This document shows positions 1 to 5,184 of a DNA stretch of 13,007 bases, piece by piece. Within the stretch, counting starts at the first letter, position 1; each line of letters starts with the position of its first letter. Made by a program: the position numbers and the translations under genes. Source of the DNA: a virus; UHGV virus genome UHGV-0203085. The stretch is one strand, 5' to 3'. The notes under the pieces are model-generated. The model did not search any database and was not told the origin of the DNA. It saw only the letters and a list, made by a program, of their open reading frames with translations.

Positions 1-26
1 ATTATATCCATGTGTGCAAGTAAATT

Positions 27-200
27 TTATTGGTGTGTCACAGAGTCGATGAATGCCAGTAACTCGCGCTCCGCTTCTGCCTCCCTTTCTTCTAGCGACC
101 AGGTAGCGGATTCTTCTGTTGCCGTTGCTAAATCGGTTTTCACATCAATCATCGTGTCGATTAACGTTATTAGTCGTTCAGCCTGTTCTTTAGTAATCAT
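27..200 (-). CDS. hypothetical small protein, 57 aa (below the 60-aa cut-off of the supplied track)
   Basis: ATG at 198-200 (minus) with GGAG about 8 nt upstream; 57 codons to TAA (plus 27-29); translation MITKEQAERLITLIDTMIDVKTDLATATEESATWSLEEREAEAERELLAFIDSVTHQ. The overlapping + ORF 10..261 is low-complexity and is probably its antisense shadow. Confidence 0.35.
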   Translation of the reverse strand: MITKEQAERLITLIDTMIDVKTDLATATEESATWSLEEREAEAERELLAFIDSVTHQ

Positions 201-334
201 TGTTGCATCTCCTGCAATAGTCGCTTCGATTGTTGCGTTTGGTGAAAGTGTCGCTTTTTGACGACACTAATCTAAAGTTGTACGCTGCTACACAGCAGCG
301 TAAGTCACTCAGTAAAATCCCAAACTATTGAACA

Positions 335-529
335 TCACACTTCCGGCGGCTCTGGTAACGGCATCCAGTACGCCACGTCGCAGCTCCGGATGTTTGAATT
401 GTTCTCCATAAAACTATCCCAGCAGTAATTTTCATCAAGCCATTTAACTCCCACACTCTCACCATCGGTTACCAGCACATCGCTGAAATGCTCCGGCATC
501 CGCTCACTACACTTAATCCACTTACTCAT
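335..529 (-). CDS. DUF551-like phage protein, 64 aa
   Basis: ATG 527-529 (minus) preceded by GAGGTGA; N-terminal WIKCSERMPE and C-terminal YWMPLPEPP match the remembered DUF551 pattern (family assignment from memory, no search run). Confidence 0.6.
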   Translation of the reverse strand: MSKWIKCSERMPEHFSDVLVTDGESVGVKWLDENYCWDSFMENNSNIRSCDVAYWMPLPEPPEV

Positions 530-572
530 ATCTCACCTCATATTCATCGCAGTTCGCACACCAGCTTTCCAC

Positions 573-827
573 TTACCTTTCTGAGTAAGTAGATAGCATA
601 TCTAAGATCGATACATCAGACTTCGGAGAATCGCATTTTAACGCTTCATGCGTCTGATTCTTGTATGAACGCGAGAGCAGCACTTCGTCAGCACGAGATT
701 TGTACTGCACACCAGCTTTCCACGCCCGCCACGCGAGACGCGTCTTAACGTTCAGGTACTCTTTCTTCGAACCCTTGTTAACCGGCAGACCCTCTACGAC
801 GGCCCAACGTTCAAATGCTTCTCTCAT
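573..827 (-). CDS. hypothetical protein, 84 aa
   Basis: ATG 825-827 (minus) with GGGG about 7 nt upstream; protein-like composition; the + ORF 661..864 is antisense to it. Confidence 0.5.
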   Translation of the reverse strand: MREAFERWAVVEGLPVNKGSKKEYLNVKTRLAWRAWKAGVQYKSRADEVLLSRSYKNQTHEALKCDSPKSDVSILDMLSTYSER

Positions 828-1024
828 AACTCAACCCCCAGAACTTCACATTCACTGCGTCTAATGAATAGCGGTCCGTCATCAGTTTCGACTATAAACC
901 CATACCCATGCACTTCTACAACCTCAAACTCGTCCCCGACGGCCACGCCGAAATGGTAGAGCGGGTGGTCATCATAGGGCGCTGGTTGAAAACTGTTTAC
1001 CTATGTTATTCGGATCCTCATAAC

Positions 1025-1228
1025 TCATCTCCTACGTCTAACATTGTGCCCAGGGGCATAACACCGTGTTCTGTCTTTGCTTATCGACCAACCGTCAGAC
1101 CTTGCTTGCCTCGCACACTCAGACCACGTCTCCCCGGTATACTCCCCCGAACACGGCATACGCCATTGTTTTGAATTACACTCATCGCAATCACAATAGA
1201 GATGTACAGCATATCCCGCGGCTACCAT
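1025..1228 (-). CDS. hypothetical Cys-rich small protein (possible zinc-binding), 67 aa
   Basis: ATG 1226-1228 (minus) with GGGGG 5 nt upstream; cysteine cluster CDCDEC, PC, and C-x-APGH suggests a metal-binding ribbon. Confidence 0.45.
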   Translation of the reverse strand: MVAAGYAVHLYCDCDECNSKQWRMPCSGEYTGETWSECARQARSDGWSISKDRTRCYAPGHNVRRRR

Positions 1229-1288
1229 ACTAACCCCCGCAACGCGTGCACCACATAAACGGCGCTGACAATTAAAATGAACGGGTAA

Positions 1289-1492
1289 TTATCCACGGCA
1301 ACCTCCCTCAGAGTCGTCGGCACGAGCATCGTGGTTCGATGCCGTTCGTATGGAGCGCAGGAGTTTAACCAGCATCTCCGGTGATGATGTTGAAATTTCT
1401 TCACCATCAAGTGTGACAATCGCATATCGTTTAATTGTGAAATTAACTTTTATTAATCTATGATGTTTAAGTTCTTCAAATAATTCTTCCAT
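1289..1492 (-). CDS. hypothetical protein, about 67 aa
   Basis: ATG 1490-1492 (minus) with GGGG about 8 nt upstream; overlaps the TGA stop of the upstream gene (TGATG junction); the track ORF starts one codon earlier at GTG 1495. Confidence 0.4.
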   Translation of the reverse strand: MEELFEELKHHRLIKVNFTIKRYAIVTLDGEEISTSSPEMLVKLLRSIRTASNHDARADDSEGGCRG

Positions 1493-1689
1493 CACTTCGC
1501 CCCTTTGAATTTAAAATTGTTGCCGATGAGTTCTAAATATTCTGCGCTTACAGTTGCATGTCCACCAGTAAATACATTGCGAAGTTTACAAATAGAGGAA
1601 CTGCCTCTGTTGTTGGTGGAAAATACGGAGTACAAACATCCCGACTTTTTACTACGGACCAACTGACCCTTCTTAAACATAACCTTCAT
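1492..1689 (-). CDS. hypothetical small protein, 65 aa
   Basis: ATG 1687-1689 (minus), second in-frame ATG 9 nt downstream; first gene after promoter-like element D; N-terminal FKKGQLVRSKKSG resembles small KOW/DUF2158-like phage proteins (weak, from memory). Confidence 0.5.
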   Translation of the reverse strand: MKVMFKKGQLVRSKKSGCLYSVFSTNNRGSSSICKLRNVFTGGHATVSAEYLELIGNNFKFKGAK

Positions 1690-1707
1690 TCCTATGTCAC
1701 GTTTCGA

Positions 1708-1744
1708 TAAGTGAATAGTAACCTATTATGTTGGGGGCGTGCAA
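1708..1744 (-). promoter_or_regulatory. promoter-like element D (minus orientation): TTGCAC, 18 nt, TACTAT, then conserved TTCACTTA
   Basis: Minus-strand reading cTTGCACgcccccaacataataggtTACTATtcactta. It has 3 mismatches to the 28-bp core shared by elements A and B, and its downstream 21 bp (cgtttcgataagtgaatagta, plus 1700-1720) matches the window-end copy C with one mismatch. It lies about 20-50 nt upstream of the ATG at 1689. Confidence 0.4.
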
Positions 1745-2039
1745 GAGAATAGTTACGATGCCGTTGTGATTCTTTCGTTTAATGGGGTAGCGAGCGAAAC
1801 GAAACGAACGTGGTGCCGAAGGCACCAAGAGTGAGTGAGTGAGCTTGCGGTTCTAACCTGCGGCAAATCAGTAACTTAGATATTTTGGCGGGAATTACAA
1901 TAGACTTTGGGCCTCCCAAACGCGCCAGCGAGCCTCACTCCACACGCTACACGTGCTCGTTTCGCCTGCCGCGCGCCGCGGTCGCTTGTTCATACTTCAC
2001 AAGCTCAGGTGGAGCTTAGCATATTTTTAGTGAAAAGTC

Positions 2040-2055
2040 AACTATTCGAATAGTT
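2040..2055. promoter_or_regulatory. perfect 16-bp palindrome AACTATTCGAATAGTT (putative operator)
   Basis: Exact inverted repeat in the divergent region between elements D and A. Its half-site ACTATTC is the same heptamer found at the -10 region of elements A, B, C and D, and GAATAGTT recurs at 1747-1754. Confidence 0.4.
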
Positions 2056-2107
2056 TATTCCAACATTTACAATTGAGCGGAATAACTGGAATACGTAAAC
2101 AAATAGT

Positions 2108-2143
2108 TTGCACACCCCAATATAATAGGGTACTATTCAGTTA
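2108..2143 (+). promoter_or_regulatory. promoter-like element A: TTGCAC, 17 nt, TACTAT, then conserved TCAGTTA
   Basis: The 28-bp core ccaatataatagggtactattcagttaa is identical to element B. -35-like TTGCAC at 2108-2113, -10-like TACTAT at 2131-2136; an embedded TATAAT lies in the spacer. It is followed by AGGAGG and the ATG at 2162. Confidence 0.45.
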
Positions 2144-2161
2144 ACTTAAACAGGAGGGTGT

Positions 2162-2407
2162 ATGCAGGAGTTACCTAGTTTCGAACGTGAGTTCATTAGC
2201 GGTTTCATACCGGTTACTAATTTCAGTATACAGGATTTATTTGACTTAAGAGAAAACGGCAGACTTTGGGTGTGCAATGCCAAGGATGTTTCAAACGCTA
2301 GAGTATGGAACTTTAGTTTAATGCGCCGCCCGAACAAATCTGGTGAAGGTGCTGTTGGCATGGATTTGTTGCGGCGCAAAGGTAAGCTATTCATGAGAGT
2401 GCAGTAA
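2162..2407 (+). CDS. hypothetical protein, 81 aa (moron-like cassette A)
   Basis: ATG 2162 with AGGAGG 6 nt upstream; own promoter-like element upstream and an intrinsic terminator immediately downstream; opposite in orientation to the flanking minus-strand genes. Confidence 0.6.
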   Translation: MQELPSFEREFISGFIPVTNFSIQDLFDLRENGRLWVCNAKDVSNARVWNFSLMRRPNKSGEGAVGMDLLRRKGKLFMRVQ

Positions 2408-2411
2408 AACT

Positions 2412-2434
2412 AAGGCCCCGTTATGGGGCCTTTT
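2412..2434. terminator. bidirectional intrinsic terminator (stem AAGGCCCC / GGGGCCTT, loop GTTAT)
   Basis: 8-bp GC-rich stem at 2412-2419 and 2425-2432, followed by TTTT on the plus strand and by AGTTTTA on the minus strand. It sits between the stop of the + ORF (2407) and the stop of the minus ORF (2436). Confidence 0.6.
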
Positions 2435-2435
2435 A

Positions 2436-2897
2436 TCATTCTGGCTTCGTAACCTTCGCCGCTCTACTTACCACCTCTACACCATCGGCATCAGTAACTT
2501 TAACGAAGTATTCACCGACAGCATTAACCGTCAGAGAAAGAGTCTCTTCCGGGGCATTTACTACTTCCTTTCCGTCCTTGTACCAGGTCAGCACATACGG
2601 TGCTTTGCCTGCCTTAGCCTCGACAGTGATGATTGCGCTGCCGTCTGCCAGTTCCGTGTCTTTCGGTTGCACGGAGAAATACACGTCGCCCGCGTCCGCC
2701 AGATACGGAATTTCATAAAGCATACCCGCCGCCGGTAGTGCAATACCAGTTTTATCCGCAAACGGCATATCGTCTACTGGTGTACCGAGTACACTTTCAT
2801 CTTCAATAAATACCACATTCTCGCCGGAGCCAGACACGCGGGCGTACTGGACTACGCGACGCGACGGCACATCAGTTACTTTGAAAAATCCCATCAT
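2436..2897 (-). CDS. Ig-like (BIG-type) domain protein, 153 aa, probable virion-associated or decoration protein
   Basis: ATG 2895-2897 overlaps the TAA of the upstream head morphogenesis gene (TAATG coupling). C-terminal YVLTWYKDGKEVVNA...TLSLTVNAVGEYFVKVTDADG has the alternating pattern of an Ig-like beta sandwich. Confidence 0.6.
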   Translation of the reverse strand: MMGFFKVTDVPSRRVVQYARVSGSGENVVFIEDESVLGTPVDDMPFADKTGIALPAAGMLYEIPYLADAGDVYFSVQPKDTELADGSAIITVEAKAGKAPYVLTWYKDGKEVVNAPEETLSLTVNAVGEYFVKVTDADGVEVVSRAAKVTKPE

Positions 2898-4756
2898 TAT
2901 TCCCCTTTCAGATAATCAGCAACACGTTTATCGAGTTCCGCCATCTGCTTAAGTGTCAGCGGATTCCCGAAACCATCTACAGATATTACGCGAAACTCTT
3001 CCGGCGATATACCGCTGTTACGGAAAATCTTACCTCGCACCGGGCCGAGTGCTTCATCCACGAACCATGCCGGTTGTTGTTCAAGGAACTCGTAGTAAGT
3101 GGTGTCCGCGCTTACCTGAGTACCGCCGTCCGCACCCTTAGCTGCGCGTTTCGCTCCTTTATCGAGGAAGTCGAACTCTGAACTGATCACAGGCGCGGTT
3201 GTTGAGCGGCAGTTATGTGCTATAATTCCATTAGCAAGATACCAGTTCTGTTCATTTTCGAGGTTATAAACATGCCCGCAAAAATCAGCTTCACTAAAGA
3301 CCAAATCGACAACATCATCAAGCTCTACACCGACGGCATCGGACCAGTTGAAATCGGAAAGATTATCGGCGTTTCGTGTAGTCCAGTCATACGCGTTCTC
3401 AGAGAGAACGGCGTTACCATTCGCGGAGGCAGCGACGCTATGTTCATCCGAATGGCTAAAGCTACTCCCGAGGAGCGCCTCGCTCTCTCCGCCGCGGCGC
3501 ATGAAGCTGTCCGAGGGAGAAAGGCCGACCATGCTGAACTGCTTCGCAGAGCCAAAGCCAGGGAGGGAGTCATCAACGCCGGCAGTCACTGGGAGTTCCT
3601 TGTCAATGATTTGCTTATTCAGTCCGGACTTGACTTTATCCCAGGAAAGGCGGTCGACAAGTACAATCTCGACTTCGCCGTCGGTACCGTCGCCGTGGAA
3701 GTCTTCGGGGGAGGTTGGGCTTGTACTGACCGCCGCCGGATTGACCGTTACATTAGCCGCACTAAACAAATCGGAGAACTTGGCTACAACGTTGTGTTCC
3801 TTATGCTTGAGAGAGAGCGCAGAGTCCTTAGCGCACACGAGCTTGTCACCTACATTGAGAAGGCCGGAAGCAACCCAACCACTGGCGGTCAATACCTGGT
3901 GGTTTGGGGTGATAGACAAGGTGCGACCGGACTTTGTAGAGACATAGACTATAGTGCCTTTGTACGCCCGTTTAAAAATGTTAGAAACAGGGCTACCGGT
4001 AGATACTACAGTGTCCCCAAGTAAACAATTAGGGTGGGCCGGAGGCATCGGCCCTTTACCAATTTCCCACGTCATCCCGTCCCTGGCTCTGCAAATCGTA
4101 CTGGTACGACTATCAAGCGTTGACACCCACTCGTATTTCTCGATGATGTCGTCGTTCTGGCGGTACGTCTCGTTGCGGGCCTCGTTGGATACGTGAGCCA
4201 GCGCGGTGCGGATTACGGTAGCTGCATTACGTTCAGAGATGTCCGCCAGTCCACCAGCGCCTACGACATTCTTAACAATCTGCCGTGTCGTCTGGCCTTG
4301 GACAAAGCCCATCTTAACGCCGGTTACCAGGCGCGATACTTCTGTTTCACCCCAGCCCGACATCAGCTTAGTGAAGTCAACCGGCTTGTCGCTTAATGAT
4401 AAGGGTTGAAACTCGGCAGCGGCCCATACCTGTTCCGCGGTAGGCGTAATAAACTCGGCGTTAACGTTGGTGGCCAGCGTTTTTACGTTCCACTCTGCCT
4501 CATAAGCCGCCAGTTCTTTAAGGTCTTCTGTCAGTTTTGTTTGCCAGTCACCCGTAAGTCCCGCCAGTGCTTCTTCGAGGTCGCGTAACAGCTTATTTAG
4601 CCGCGCGGTACTACGACCGTCGTCGCCGAATAACAGCACCTGCCGTTTGATTTCGTCCCGCATCTCCTTAAGGAACGGCGCGAGGTCTTTCACTTCACCG
4701 GATGCGGTGCGTTGCAGCCATATCTGGTGGCTGATTAGAGATGTAAGTAAGCTCAT
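2897..4756 (-). CDS. head morphogenesis protein (Phage Mu F / SPP1 gp7-like) interrupted by an intein
   Basis: Long minus ORF; best start is ATG 4754-4756 with AGGAGGG 3-4 nt upstream (track ORF begins at TTG 4813 with no RBS). The N-extein ends ...WVSTLDSRTSTICRARDGMTWEIGKGPMPPAHPN, which I recall as the Mu F signature preceding HPNCRC. The gene lies directly downstream of the portal gene, as expected by synteny. Confidence 0.8.
   Translation of the reverse strand: MSLLTSLISHQIWLQRTASGEVKDLAPFLKEMRDEIKRQVLLFGDDGRSTARLNKLLRDLEEALAGLTGDWQTKLTEDLKELAAYEAEWNVKTLATNVNAEFITPTAEQVWAAAEFQPLSLSDKPVDFTKLMSGWGETEVSRLVTGVKMGFVQGQTTRQIVKNVVGAGGLADISERNAATVIRTALAHVSNEARNETYRQNDDIIEKYEWVSTLDSRTSTICRARDGMTWEIGKGPMPPAHPNCLLGDTVVSTGSPVSNIFKRAYKGTIVYVSTKSGRTLSITPNHQVLTASGWVASGLLNVGDKLVCAKDSALSLKHKEHNVVAKFSDLFSAANVTVNPAAVSTSPTSPEDFHGDGTDGEVEIVLVDRLSWDKVKSGLNKQIIDKELPVTAGVDDSLPGFGSAKQFSMVGLSPSDSFMRRGGESEALLGSSFSHSDEHSVAASANGNAVLSENAYDWTTRNADNLSDFNWSDAVGVELDDVVDLVFSEADFCGHVYNLENEQNWYLANGIIAHNCRSTTAPVISSEFDFLDKGAKRAAKGADGGTQVSADTTYYEFLEQQPAWFVDEALGPVRGKIFRNSGISPEEFRVISVDGFGNPLTLKQMAELDKRVADYLKGE
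3212..4027 (-). mobile_element. intein, 272 codons (Cys1 ... His-Asn, +1 Cys)
   Basis: In-frame insertion beginning CLLGDTVVS (block A; Cys codon = plus 4025-4027), with TLSITPNHQVLT (block B, T-x-x-H) and GWVASGLLNVGDKLV in the N-terminal Hint part. The C-terminal Hint part is ADFCGHVYNLENEQNWYLANGIIAHN, followed by +1 Cys (plus 3209-3211). The central region is S/A/D/G-rich with no LAGLIDADG, HNH or GIY-YIG motifs. Confidence 0.75.
3272..4024 (+). CDS. antisense-nested ORF, 250 aa: HTH plus DUF559/Vsr-like (PD-(D/E)xK-type) putative homing endonuclease
   Basis: ATG 3272 with GAGG about 8 nt upstream (an in-frame ATG at 3215 gives the 269-aa track ORF). N-terminal HTH-like IGPVEIGKIIGVSCSPVIRVLRENGV. 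Central block WEFLVNDLLIQSGLDF...YNLDFAVGTVAVEVFGGGW...RRRIDRYISRTKQIGELGYNVVFL matches the DUF559/Vsr pattern (D-F ... hEhDG.W ... R ... GY.V) as I remember it. The ORF is bounded by antisense stops at 3203-3205 and 4022-4024, so it spans the intein to within 2 codons. Confidence 0.55.
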   Translation: MPAKISFTKDQIDNIIKLYTDGIGPVEIGKIIGVSCSPVIRVLRENGVTIRGGSDAMFIRMAKATPEERLALSAAAHEAVRGRKADHAELLRRAKAREGVINAGSHWEFLVNDLLIQSGLDFIPGKAVDKYNLDFAVGTVAVEVFGGGWACTDRRRIDRYISRTKQIGELGYNVVFLMLERERRVLSAHELVTYIEKAGSNPTTGGQYLVVWGDRQGATGLCRDIDYSAFVRPFKNVRNRATGRYYSVPK

Positions 4757-4800
4757 AAGCCCTCCTGTAGTATCGCCAGTGTAACGCATAAAAATAATAT

Positions 4801-4836
4801 TTGCAGACACCAATATAATAGGGTACTATTCAGTTA
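4801..4836 (+). promoter_or_regulatory. promoter-like element B: TTGCAG, 17 nt, TACTAT, then conserved TCAGTTA
   Basis: The 28-bp core (4809-4836) is identical to element A. It lies in the divergent intergenic region between the head morphogenesis start (4756, minus) and the + ORF at 4861. Confidence 0.45.
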
Positions 4837-4860
4837 AACGACAACGAGGAGGAAGAAAAC

Positions 4861-5016
4861 ATGATTAATGCTAAAGAAGAGTTGCTCGCCCATCTGGATG
4901 GTAAAGATGTAGTTAAATGCGCCTGGTTTGCAGATTATGACGCAGATTACGGTTTCGTTAAGGGAGTAAATGGCTCCTGCGGGAGAATTACTCTCGCGGA
5001 GAATGGGAAAGCCTAA
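4861..5016 (+). CDS. hypothetical small protein, 51 aa (moron-like cassette B, first ORF; not in track)
   Basis: ATG 4861 with AGGAGG 8 nt upstream; translation MINAKEELLAHLDGKDVVKCAWFADYDADYGFVKGVNGSCGRITLAENGKA; TAA 5014-5016 overlaps the next ATG (TAATG). Confidence 0.45.
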   Translation: MINAKEELLAHLDGKDVVKCAWFADYDADYGFVKGVNGSCGRITLAENGKA

Positions 5017-5180
5017 TGGCTGCGCTTGATTTTGAATATCACAACGGTTACGGCGGTCAAAACTTCTTCGGCGTAATTTGGTACGAAGATGGTACATGGT
5101 CTTCTCGCGGAGAATACGATGGTTCTGAATGGTGGGAATATAATGCCGTGCCAGATGTGCCAGGAGAACTTAAGCGCTAA
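5016..5180 (+). CDS. hypothetical small Gly/aromatic-rich protein, 54 aa (moron-like cassette B, second ORF; not in track)
   Basis: ATG 5016-5018 coupled to the upstream stop; translation MAALDFEYHNGYGGQNFFGVIWYEDGTWSSRGEYDGSEWWEYNAVPDVPGELKR; TAA 5178-5180 followed 4 nt later by a terminator hairpin. Confidence 0.45.
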   Translation: MAALDFEYHNGYGGQNFFGVIWYEDGTWSSRGEYDGSEWWEYNAVPDVPGELKR

Positions 5181-5184
5181 AATT

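Noticed and set aside
10-261. Plus-strand ORF of 83 aa
   Set aside because: Low-complexity S/A/V-rich translation with no RBS; it is antisense to a better supported minus-strand ORF (27..200) that has an RBS and protein-like sequence.
908-1174. Plus-strand ORF of 88 aa
   Set aside because: No Shine-Dalgarno upstream; the C-terminal half is P/R-rich and runs antisense into the minus-strand gene 1025..1228; the surrounding genes are all on the minus strand.
1222-1425. Minus-strand ORF of 67 aa overlapping 1289..1492 in another frame
   Set aside because: Odd composition (H/R/C/W-rich), no RBS, and it overlaps a better supported ORF that is translationally coupled to its upstream neighbour.
1860-1882. 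Possible tRNA-like T-arm (gcggttctaacctgcgg)
   Set aside because: The flanking segments are direct rather than inverted repeats, and no acceptor or anticodon arms can be built.
2121-2126. TATAAT inside elements A and B as the actual -10 box
   Set aside because: The sequence 17 bp upstream (aacaaa or similar) is neither conserved nor TTGACA-like, whereas TTGCAC, 17 nt, TACTAT fits both copies. Left as an open alternative.
2146-2394. Minus-strand ORF of 82 aa antisense to the moron ORF 2162..2407
   Set aside because: No RBS; the plus-strand ORF has AGGAGG, a promoter-like element and a terminator.
2953-3141. Plus-strand ORF of 62 aa inside the C-extein
   Set aside because: Antisense to the well supported head morphogenesis gene; no RBS; R/P-rich.
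3348-3947. Plus-strand ORF of 199 aa (and minus ORF 3325..3576) in other frames of the intein region
   Set aside because: Third-frame shadows in a region where two frames are already under selection; translations are S/P/A-rich without motifs.
3212-4027. In-frame homing endonuclease domain (LAGLIDADG, HNH, GIY-YIG) inside the intein on the sense strand
   Set aside because: None of these motifs is present in the sense translation; the interior is low complexity, which prompted examination of the antisense frame.
3954-4588. Several plus-strand ORFs (3954..4196, 4193..4396, 4206..4409, 4406..4588)
   Set aside because: All are antisense to the N-extein of the head morphogenesis gene, short, and lack RBS and motifs.
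4757-4813. TTG start at 4813 for the head morphogenesis gene, as given by the ORF track
   Set aside because: No RBS upstream of TTG 4813 or of ATG 4789, whereas ATG 4756 is preceded by AGGAGGG; the 5-prime extension would also run into promoter-like element B.
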